Of a stretch of DNA of 64,000 nt, positions 35,805 through 46,800 are shown piece after piece. The stretch is from NCBI GenBank assembly GCA_965178125.1, contig OZ237743.1, forward strand, positions 124,001 to 188,000, given 5' to 3'. Position numbers and translations under genes: made by a program. Each line of letters opens with the position of its first letter. The first letter of the stretch is position 1. The notes beneath the pieces are model-generated. The model did no database searches and had not been told where the DNA came from. It saw only the letters and a list, made by a program, of their open reading frames with translations. Source of the stretch: Bilabrum cf. latius (Eukaryota).

Positions 35805-37686
35805 ATGCGATGCAATCGCGGATGCCGTACTCGAAGCAAAGCAGGATTCAAAAGTTGGCAGCGACTCTGCGGCACCGGTCAGCTTAGATCGAAGGCAGCC
35901 TTGTTTAGTAGGGTAGAAAGTATCGTGCACGACTCCAAGGTCCCAGTTTTCCCTCGAAGCGCACGAGCAGTCCCTCGTGCTGGTGCCAAGGGCTGCCTCG
36001 AAATCTCCCCTACAGGTGAGTGCAGTCTACTGAAACTGTTGGTATCGGCATTGTATAGATAAGCTTGCATCCGTGGTCTCTGGCTGTTCACGTCATGCTC
36101 GCGGCGGTGCAACAGCTCCCTCGCAGGTCAAACGATCGAACGTAGAAGCGCTGCTACGAGTAGACATTAAGGATCCGAACAAGTACCAGGCCGATAAGAA
36201 TCTGTTGGTATTCTGCTTGAAGAATCCCGTCAAGTTTGGGAAACAGGCCCTGCGGGTCGTCGTGGCCTCGTTCCAGCAGCAGCGCGGCAAGGCTTCTTCC
36301 AAATCCGCCTCGGCCTCGTCCTCGAAGGCTGCCTCGGGGGCCGCCGCCGGTGCTGGTGCCGGCAGCGATGCCGCCTTCTCTCTCTCCCGCCCGATCCAAG
36401 CGGGGGCCATGCTCGGGTCGTGGTCAGACCCGGCCACCGCTGCGGCCGAGGCCGGCCGGCTGGTGGAGGCAGCCGCGGCAGGGGGGGGGTCGGACGCTTC
36501 TGCCGGGGTGGCGCTCCTGGAGCGGTGGTGCGAGGGGGCCCTGGGTCCCATCGCGCGGACCAGCCCCGCTGATTTCAGCAGCGCGCTGACCACGCAGCAG
36601 CGCGTGCCCTGCATCAGCGGGGTGCAGGAAGGTTCCCTGTGGCTGTGCAAGGCGGGGGTGCTGTTCGGTCCCACTCGGCCCGTGTTCGTGCCCATGGGGA
36701 GGCTCGCGGGGATGGGCATAAGGACGAGGGGGGGCACCGCGAGGTTTCTTGACGTGATCGTGGGGGAGCATCCTGGGGACTGGGAACAGGGGGGGGCAGG
36801 GGGGGGAAACGCCGGGAGCAGCGGCAAGGGCAAAGGAGGCAGCGAGGGCGGGGGCGAGGGCAAAGGGGAGGCAGTCAAGGCGCGCAGGCACGAATTTTCC
36901 CAGGTCCCTGTGGACGAGAAGAGCAGGCTGGCAGAGTTCATCAACGGCGTTAAGAAATGGGTGAAGGCAGCCAGGGCGGCGCAAGGCGCAAGTGCAGGCG
37001 CAGGCGCTGCCAGCGGGGCCAAGCAGTCGTCCAGCGGTGGTGCACGGGGCGGGGATGGCAGTGTGGACGGAGAAGAGGGCGGGGCAAACCGTCAGGAAGA
37101 GCAGGAGGAGGAAGAAGAGGACGATGAGGACGAGGACGAGGATGAGGATGAGGATGACGACAGCGATTTCGATGAAGGGGCAGCGGCCCGGGAGGAGGCC
37201 AGGGAGAGGAGGAGGGACAGGCGGGTGATGCAGCAGCTGGGGGAGGGCAAGGTGCTCGAGGCGGGGGGGGGTGAAGAGGACGAGGGGGGGAGTGATAGCG
37301 ATAGCGGTAGTGATAGTGATAGTGATAGTGATAGCAGCAGCGATGGGGGTGTCGATGCAAGTGGTGGTGGAGGTGCGACAAGCAGCGCTGCGCTTGGTCG
37401 CAAGCGGCCCCGCTCGGTGGACCTGACCGGAGGAGATGCCGAGCAGGGAGTGGGGTCGGCCGGAGCATCGTCCCGGGCAGGTACGAGTGCAGATGGGTAG
37501 GAGATTGATATCGAAGACTCCGATGAGGAGGAGGAGGAGGAGGAGGAGGAGGAGGAGGAGGAGGATGATGAGGAAGAAGAGGACGGTGTGGTGGAGGACA
37601 AGGATGGCAGCGGGGGAGCTCCGGCACCCAAGAAGGCTCGGGTGCAGGAGTTGGAGGAGTCCAGCGATTCAGACGATGGCGTGTGA
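35805..37686 (+). CDS. Rtt106/SSRP1-like PH-domain histone chaperone with an acidic tail; 5' exon structure uncertain (possible intron 36016-36058)
   Basis: VPCISGVQEGSLWLCKAGVLFGPTRPVFVP...FLDVIV...HEFSQVPVDE matches the Rtt106/FACT PH-fold pattern. Long D/E tracts. TAG 37498 is read through to TGA 37684-37686. Confidence 0.65.
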
Positions 37687-37950
37687 TTGACAGTAACCAC
37701 CCAAGATAGGTAGGCGCACGAGTTCCCCTCCCGCACCCACGCTGTGTGTTCTCCGCGCACGCATGATGCAGCGTGACGACTGCAATCCGAGTCGTGATTT
37801 CTTCGATGACTGTATTGTAGCGCGTACGATACAGTTTCTCATTAATTCTAGCGAATATAGCTAGTTACTACCGTGAGCCTTACCTAGCCTGCTTAGCTCG
37901 AAGCAAGTGCAGTAGGTTGCGCCAAATTGTGCTCGCTCACGATTTGTTGC

Positions 37951-40466
37951 ATGCTCTCAATCCTTCAGCAGCTGGGCCTGCCCTTAGTAGTAGCAAGCAA
38001 GGCAATTGGGATGATTTCGATCATAATTGCAGCTGTTGCGTTCACCCCTGGCGCTTATGCACACACCCATGGCAGCTTCTGCGGGCATGAGGCCTTCATG
38101 CGAGAGGTCAGTCGGAACCGGTCCGCGATGGGGCTGAACCCAAACCCAGTTGAGAGGGGCCACTTAAACCCAATGAAACATCCGCCGCATACACGCGGGC
38201 TGTAGTCGCAGCAGTGGCGCCCCCTGCGCATCCATCTGCACTATTCTGACGGCGTGGACGACCTTGACGCCACAACGCGAGCATTCTTCAAGCAGCAGCT
38301 GGTGGAGCCGGCGGCAGCCAGACTCTAGGAACTTCTTCGAGTGCGACAGCGCGAAAACGACGACGTATTCTTCCTGGGGCGCTCGTGCTCTAGGTGGACG
38401 GGCGGTGCCAGGTAGGGAGAGTGCGCGCAGGTGTCTACGGATGCGCAGACTTGCAATGGAGCAACCATCCCCGAGCAGTACTTCGGCGAAACTAAGTACT
38501 ACCCGATCGAAGGGGGTGAATTTGTGGAGCGGACCATCCCGGCGGGGGGTGCGGGGGCTCCCAACGCGGACTACATTCTGATTGTCACGGCCCAGAACAC
38601 GCAGCAGTGCGGGGGCGCCACGCTGGGGTACGCAGGTGCGTGTATATCAGACGACATTTCTAGGCCAGTGGCGGGGCGCTACAACCATTGCCCCACTAAG
38701 ATCGACACGGACCCAGCCGAGGCAAGAGGGCAGATGATGGTGGCCGTCCACGAGATGTGAGCTTTCGTCCCATCCTCCAGGCCCTACAACGCCCCATATT
38801 GCCCCACATCGGCTCTGTCTTACACCCACAGCACGAGTCTCCGTGCTGTACCGCCCATTTCACTGCCCCACCCCCACACCCCCACCAGTCCCCCGCCCCA
38901 CCTGTCCCCCACCGCAGCATGCACGCGCTGGGCTTCAGCTCTCTCAACATGGAGCAGTTCATAAACCCCGACACCCTGGAGCCATTGTTCCCCGCCGACA
39001 GCAGAGAGACCATCCAGACGTCCCAGTGCGGGTCCCAGACCAAGTTCCCTGCCTCTTTCGTTGAGTGGAGCAGCGAGCGGGGACAGTCCGGCTGCAGCAG
39101 CATCGAGGACGCCGCCCCTGACAGGGAGGGATGCACCCAGCGGCTGGTTCTGCCCAAGGTCAAGCAAGCCGCTAGGGAGTGGTTCGCCTGCAACGAGATC
39201 AACGGGCCCGAGCTCGAGAACCAGGACACGTCCTGCGGGCTGGTGGCCTCCCACTGGGAGCAGAGGTCCATGTTCCCCGACGCGATGACCCCGACCAAGA
39301 CCGGGCACGACATCGTCACCCCCATCACGCTGGCTTTCTTCGAGGATTCCGGGTGGTACAAGGCAAACTACGACGCGGTGCAGGCCCAGCCAGGCAGGGA
39401 GTGGGGCTCGCAGGCGGGCTGCGACTTTGCCGTGAGGAAGAGGGGCATCTACGCCCCCGACCCGTCGCAGCCCAGCGCACTCGTCAGCGTGACCACCCAG
39501 TCGTCGCTGCGGCAGAACGAGCCCTTCTTCTGCACCGAACGTTCGTCAGAGAACCTCTGCACGATGGACCTCCGGGGGTTTGGCCAGTGCCAGATCGTGC
39601 AGCACGGCAGCATACCCTCGCAATACCAGTACTTTAGCGATGACCCCAACAAGGGGGGCAGGTTTGCGCAGATGGACTACCTGCCAGACATTGCCTCCTT
39701 CTACACGTGCACGGACGACACGGCTGACTTCAGGCAGGAAGGTGACAAGGGCATGTACTTCGGCTCGCAGCACAGCTCGGCATGCTTCCGAGCCACGCTC
39801 AAGCACTCCAGCCTCAGCTCCTTCGATGCTTCTGTTGGGTGCTACAGGTACGAATGCAACACCACGGTCTCTGACTCTCCCGTGCTGCGCGTGCAGGCTC
39901 TGACTCCGAATGGCTCGGCCGTCGCCGGGGAGGCCCACTGCAGGGTAGGGGAGGGGGGGCAGGACAAGAGCATCCCGGGGATGGAGGGAGTCGTGACTTG
40001 TCATGAGCCGGAGCTGCTGTGCGGGTCCAATGCGCTGCCCAGTCCGCTGCCCAGCGCGAGCCCCTCCCCTGCTCCCGGCAGCGGCGGTGATCGCGGGGGC
40101 GGAGGCGGCGGCGATGACGGTGAGAGTGGAGGGGGCGGGGGTGGCGCGACGGTGTTCCTGGCCGTGTTTGGCAGTCTCCTGCTGGTGGCCACAGTGGCAG
40201 GAGGTGCCTGGCTTCTCCTCACGGCGCAGCAAGGCACCATGGTGGGGCAGGCGGCGGAGATGCTTGGCTTGGAGGTGCAGTCGGCGAGCGAGGCGAAGCC
40301 CGGCGCTGCGGCTGCACCTGCAGCGGCGGTGGCTGGCGAGGGGAAGGCAGCTGGCGCTGGCTCCGGCCCCGCGGCTGCACCTGCCAGCGTAGGAGGGACC
40401 GGGGGAGCGGCGCCAGCGAGCGGATCGGACTCCGCGAGGGCAGTTGCACCTGCTGAACAAGCGTAA
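37951..40466 (+). CDS. Leishmanolysin/GP63-like zinc metalloprotease (peptidase M8), membrane anchored; intron 38757-38917
   Basis: Hydrophobic N-terminus, a CGH pro-peptide Cys, and RGL[TAG]SQQWRPLRIH. RPVAG; HEIMHALGF formed after splicing; ELEN; SHWEQR; Met-turn DAMTP; ITLAFFEDSGWY; C-terminal TM helix. Three TAGs (38203, 38326, 38413). Ends at TAA 40464-40466. The start may be ATG 38011. Confidence 0.9.
38757..38917 (+). other. Spliceosomal intron (161 nt, GTGAG...CGCAG) inside the HExxH motif
   Basis: CAC GAG AT|C ATG CAC restores HEIMH and joins the two frames. Confidence 0.9.
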
Positions 40467-40816
40467 TCTGCTAAATAGGCGTGCTGGCTGGGCTGTGTGC
40501 TATATAGACCTTGTTACTAGCAGGCCCTGGAGCCGGTGGTGAGTAGCGAACACTTTGGCTGAATGCCGAACCGGTAGCACTAGGACGAGATGCGCCCGGA
40601 GTGACGCACTCCTTAAATTGTATAGAAAGAGGTGTGGTAGCAAAGCGTGAGGGTTTGCGATTTGTTTTGTTTCAGAATGAAGCGCCCCGGATGAAAGATG
40701 CCGCGTTCCAGTTCCAAGGTTCCGGTCGGCGGCGTTGCGTGCATTTGGACATGCCTGCTTGGATCCACCCCGTTCTAGCTTTTACGTGTCTCGCAGAGAA
40801 CCTCTCGCGAGTAAAC

Positions 40817-43800
40817 ATGCCGTCCAAAGTACATTCCAAAGACCTAATGGGTCGTGCAGTGCACACAAAGCCCACCATGTCGGACAAGGCCCTTGGGGCC
40901 GCTCGACGTGCTTACACGAAACAAGTCCAGGCAGACTTGGCCGTTTCGCCAGAGAAATTGAAGAAAATTTGCAATGGAAACAAAGGACACTTCCCGAAAT
41001 CCGCTGTTGGAGATGCGACTACGAAGGCTGAGATTCAGAAGACTGTAAAGCAGGGGCGGCTGAGCTCAAGAACAACGCGGCACAGGCTGGACGGACGGGC
41101 AGTCAAGAACGGCGACACGTACCGAACTCGCACTGGGACATATGGAGGCAAGCAAGGAGAATTCTGGGTGAAGCAGGGCAGAGACGGAAGCGTGACCTCT
41201 GGCGGATTCAATCCCCACAGACAAAGAGACGGCCTGAGTAGGACAGGTAGGGCCCTGGTGCAGGCCCACAGGCTCGGGAGACGTATGATAGCGTCTCCAA
41301 ACATACGAAGTAAGATTATTGGAGGCGTGCTCATGGGCGGCGCTAAGGCTTTGGCGGCTCTGGGACGATATTTCCGTGGTCGCGGTGGACGAGGGCCACC
41401 ACGAGGCGGCGGCGGCGGAAGCGGGGGAAGCGGGGGAAGCGGGGGAAGCGGGGGAAGCGGGGGAAGCGGGGGAAGCGGGGGAAGCGGCGGCGGAAGCGGC
41501 GGCGGAAGCGGTCGCAATCGAGGCGGAGGGGGCTCTTTCATGATGGGGCTCTTCGGGCGTGCCGGGCGGCGCAGTGGCCTGAAGGGCATGTTCCAGGCCC
41601 TCCTGGCGAGCACCGGCCTGCTGCAGTCGTACGAATCCAGCTGCGGGGGCCGGGGCATGGGGGGGTTCAGGGCCTTTGGCCGCGGGCCGGGCGGGGTGCA
41701 GGTGCCCCGGGGCGATTTGAGGATGGTGCGCGAGGGCCCTTCTTTTGCCATCCAAGACAGGCACGGGAGAGTCGTTGTGGACGTGGTGCACAGGACCGGC
41801 CATCGGGCCTCCGTCGTTGGCGGGCCCATTGCTGCCGCTGCCGCGGGAGCTGCCGTGGAGCTGGACGCCCTTCCGTGGAGCGGCGTCGCGGGAGTGCTCG
41901 GTATGACGAGTGCAGACCTGCATGCGGCAGTGTGGCGGGAGCTGGCCACTGCCATCTGGAGCGAGGACGCGTATCCTTTCTTCTCCTTGCACTTCAACAA
42001 GGGTGCATTCATGTACCCCGTGCTGCATCCAGTCTACCGTGACACGGTGGTGGGGCACGTAATCCAGGTGCTCGACTACTTCCTCAAGGGCTTCCTGAAT
42101 GGAGGCGTGTACGACCCGGCCTTCCTGCTGGCGTGGCCCGGGGAACACAGCGGCAACACGGGCCGCGAGTTCCTACAGTAGCGCGTGAAAGACATCCGCT
42201 CGATGCTGCCAGAGGACCTACGAGCCGACTACTCCTCGCTCAGGGAAGATCTCGCGATCGCCGGTCTGCAGCAGATCGTGCGAGGGAGGGAAGGCAACGA
42301 GGCGGCAGGAGCAGCACCAGGGGATGCACCAGGGGATGCGCCCTCCGCAGCAAACGTCCGCACTGCCTTCCGAATACTGGGCACGCTTGACAACGTCTGT
42401 GTCTCGGGACAGTCCATCGTTGGCGGTCCAGGGTTCAAGGTAAAGTTCACGGTGGAGACCACGCCGGAGTACCAGCGCAAGCTGGACCAGCACATGGCCT
42501 TGCATGGCAAGGCGCAGGGCGACCATAGCAGACTACGGGCCGTGTATCAGAATGCTGCTCGCCGGGTGGAGCAGCTCATGCCCAAAGTATCCCTGTTCAA
42601 GCCGTACTATGCGGCGCTTGAGCTCATCACGATGGCGAGCGCTGTGCTTGGCACGATGAAGAAGGGGGGGCTGCGGCCCGACCTCGCACCCATGCCGCGC
42701 CGCAAAGCGGAAGCTCCCAACCGCACGCCGACCATGATGCCCCCTTTGCCGGTGCGTTACTACCACCCGCACCGCGCGTCTCTCACGGTGAAGGAGATCA
42801 TCGACCAGCTTCGAACAGAAGAGGGACTGCCACCCATGCCACCAGACGCAGCCAGGGAGCAGGAGGCACGCGCCGCCGTGCAGCCTTGCAGTCTCGACCG
42901 AGCCATGCAGCACGCGGCCGTGACTGGCGAGCCCGTGGACTCGGCCATCGTCAGCAAGGTGCAGGAGGCACTGCAGGGACGGGCCCTGGCACAGCTCCCA
43001 GAGGGGGTGCACGCGAGAGATGCCGACCTGAGGCAGGCGAAAGCCACGATCGAGAACTTTCTCACGCAGGCTGTCGTGCTGTGGGGCACCCAGGCGAAGG
43101 GCATGCCGCGGCAAGTCGCTCACGCGTTCATAAAGAGGTCAGGACTGCGCACGTCTGGGGCCTTGAGCCGGCTCCGGGATGCGGCGGGCGAGGGCAAGCA
43201 GGTCGACTCTCGCCAGCTGTCCTCTGCACTAGATGCCATAGAGGTCAGGGATAAGGACGTGGAGGAGGTGATCAACGGGCTGCAGGCCAAGGTGGGCGAA
43301 GACTGCAGCATGGACGCATACATTGCGGGGGCGCGGCGGCACCTGCCGGACCTGCTCTGCAAGGCCATCCTCTCGATAGAGGTAAGGCAGCAGAAGAAGG
43401 AGCTGAAGAAGCAAAAAGAGGCGGCGCTAAAGAGCCTGCGCAAATCTGGTCGCGAGGCACGGGAAAGGCAGGAAGCCTCGCTGCGGAAGCAGGGAGAGGA
43501 GCAAAGGCGAAAGCTGGAGCAGCAGGTGCGGGAGGCCCACGAACAGTCCCAGAAGACCGCGGATGACTCCATCGCCCATGTCAATGCGGAAGCGAAGAAG
43601 GCAAACGAATACATCGACTCGCAAATTGCGTCTGTGGGCGTTGGACGCACGGTTGACTACAGCGCGGTGTCTTCCGAACGGTCCAAGATTTCCAACTGGC
43701 AGCAAGAGCAGATCACCAAGGTCAACGAGCAGCGGGAGTAGAGTGCCAAAAGCATCGACAGGCACAGGGGGGAACAGCTCAGGCAGTTGGAAAAAAACGT

Positions 43801-46800
43801 GCAGGAAGCACTCAAGAGCATGCAGAAAGACGTGGATCGACAGGTGCGGGAGCTGGGGGAGAAAATGGACGCGGATGCAGCTGCGCGAGACAAGTCGGCC
43901 GAGGCGGATGTGCATCGCAAGCTGCTGGATTCTGCCACAGACATGGTGAAGCAGGGCTGCGACATTGTGCAGCAGGAACAGCGGCTCATGACATGCGTGC
44001 TGGTGCGGCACGAGGCAGACATCCTGCACGGAAACGTGAACGTGTCGAAGCTCGCGCTGGCCGATGCCACCTTCTTGCACGAGCAAGGCAACGACGTGTC
44101 GATCGTGGGAGGGTGCGGTGTCTCGCTCAAAGACATTGCAACCGACTCCATTGAGCTCCGGGAGCAACTGGGACCCGCCACTGCAGCCATCGCCACAGAC
44201 CTCGACGGTCTCCCGCTTAGCACTCCAGCCGCAAAGGATGGTATCGTGGGAAGCCGATTGGTCGCAAGCGCGGGTGCATTCCCCTTCCCGCTAGATGCCC
44301 TGGCATGGGCCGATGGTGGCATCACGATATCCGGAGACCGCACACGCGGGCCCAGTGGCGCTGGTAATGCTGATTTTGACCCTGCGGCGAGCGCCACTTC
44401 GGGCTCATGGGACGCAGCTACCGCCAAATCAGCGGACTCGTCGGTTGCAGCTGGCAGCGCAAGCACGGCGGCGTCCGATGCCGTGTCGGTGGGCGATCGG
44501 ACCACCGGTTCGCTTGAATCATTGCTGCATGATGACCATATCGATTGGGAGGAAGTTAGCCCTGTGGACGTATTCCGCTCGCTGGTATTTGCCATAGTAG
44601 GTGCGCCGGAGCTGGCTGCTGGCGAGTTTGCTGATGAGGTCGTGGCTGCAATACGAGAGGCTGCGAAGGAATGCTGCGTTGGCGACGAGATGGTCGCACC
44701 GCTGTCAGAGCCTGCGGACGTGTTTGGGCTGACTCCGATGCACCATGCAGCTGCGTGCGGGTCTATTTCGGGAGTTCGTGCCCTGCTGTCTATGGGCGTG
44801 GCTGTCGATCCGGTCGATGCAGACGGTGCAACCCCCTTACTGCTCGCTGTCGGGGCTCAGGATCAGCCAGAGGACCACGTGCTCGCCGTCATGGACGCGC
44901 TGCTCCGGGCTGGTGCCGACCCCAACACGCGTCTACCCAGTGGAATATCGCCCCTGTACATAGCTGCGCAGTCGGCCGAGACAGCGCGGTGCAACTTGCT
45001 GCTGGACCACAAGGCAGACCCCAACGTGCACCCGCCGGATTCAGACATGACTCCCTTGCACTGTGCTGCCGTTCATGGCATGAACGCACTCGTAGACCGC
45101 CTCTTGTCGCTCGGGGCGCGGCCCGACCAGCCTCGTCGAGACGACGGCATGACTCCGCTGCTGCTGGCGGCAGCCCACTGCCGTCCAGCCACCATCCGTG
45201 TCATTCTCGCTCGCAGCCCGGGCTCTCTCGCGGACATTGCTGCGGGGTAGAGGAGCAATGCGCTACACGCGCTCGCGGCCAAAGCTGGTGACACCAGCGC
45301 AGTAACGCAGGTACGGTGCATGGAGACTGCCCGCTCTGTTTTGGGCGCGGTAACAGAGCCTGGGCAGGTGGCGTAGCTGCTTGCTGCCAAGGATGCAGAC
45401 GGCTTGACTCCAGCCGTAATTGCGTGCCGCCGCGGGCTCGTCGAGCTGGCGAAAGACCTATCAGCACACGATCATTCCTAGGCTGCTGCCCAGGCAATCG
45501 CCGCGGAAGCTGCCAAGCTGGGCCTTCCACGGGCTTTCCAGAGCCACTCTGCACGGAGTTTGCTTCCGCCCGAGCAGATGCGCCGCGCTCTGCTTACAGG
45601 AGCATTCAGCGGAAAGGCCGAGGCAGCCGAGGCAATCTTCCGTGGAGTCAATCCTGCACAAGTCCCTCTGCTGCTGCGAGCCGCGGCAGTGCACCGCAAG
45701 GGCATGCTCCTGCACCGAATCATCGCCCGTGCCAGGAGCCTGAGGCACCGTCTCGAGCTGGGTGCTATTTGCAACGACATTGCCATCGTGCGAGAGGCGA
45801 CTGTCGATGCCAAGTGCAGCTCCAGAATGGTGGTGGATGCATTCGCAATTGCCCTGAAACACCGATCGCGCAGCGTTGCCAAATATCTGCAACACCATGC
45901 TGCTCTGGCCATTCAGTCGGATTTCAAGACCCAGTCGATGCCGATCGTCCGTGCCGCACTCCAGTCCAGGAGCACGGCGATGTGGGACATCATGACCCGC
46001 GTGGCCGACCCGTGCTGCCCACTGGACGAATAGGGCAGAACAGCGGCCCATCTGGCTATCAGTGCCGGCTGCATCCCGCTGTTCACGCGTGCGGTGAACG
46101 CTGGCTGTTCTTCGCTGGGGGCTGACGGCACTTCTACCACTCCGCTGCAGCTGGCAGTTGACAGCGATGAGCCCGAGCTCATCGCTGCCGTGTGGTGCGC
46201 ATTTCCCACGCAGGTCGAAATCACCGCGGGCAATGATGGGAGCAACGACTTGGGCGCGGCAGATCCGGAATCAGGTGGCAAACCAGCAGAGAAAATCGGA
46301 GCAGCATCTGGGGCCGGTGCAAGCTCGGCCGCACCGGCGAAGTCAGCTGCAGGCGTGGAAGTCGGCAATGACGGGAGCGACAGAAAAAATAGTGGTGCCC
46401 GTGCTGCACAGCGTCCTCGCTTATTCCACCTGCGCGGGTACCACCTCGCCGATGCCCTGATTCGCGCCCACGGCAAACAGGCAACAAGGGCACACAGGCT
46501 GCTGCAACGACTGCTGAAGACCACTTGGCTGGAGGCATCCGCCAAGGGTGTGGTGCATGACGTGCAAGATGGTGTGCAGCAAGCATTCGACCAGTCGGTC
46601 GATTCACTGTGGGGGGCCGGCGTCCGAGTCACGCAGAAGCTGCTAGAGGGAGTGCCCTCGCCGGCTTTGATGAGACGCCTGGCCGAGAATGGTCGTGGGA
46701 AGGTGGTGCTCGACACGTTCATGGCTCTTGTGCCTACTAGTGCCCCTCTGTCCCCGATCGCCAGTGCGTTGCTTAACGCAGCTATCGAAGGCGCGATTGA

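Noticed and set aside
38757-38917. N-terminal 54 aa of track ORF 38757-40466
   Set aside because: This stretch is the intron; splicing it out restores HEIMH.
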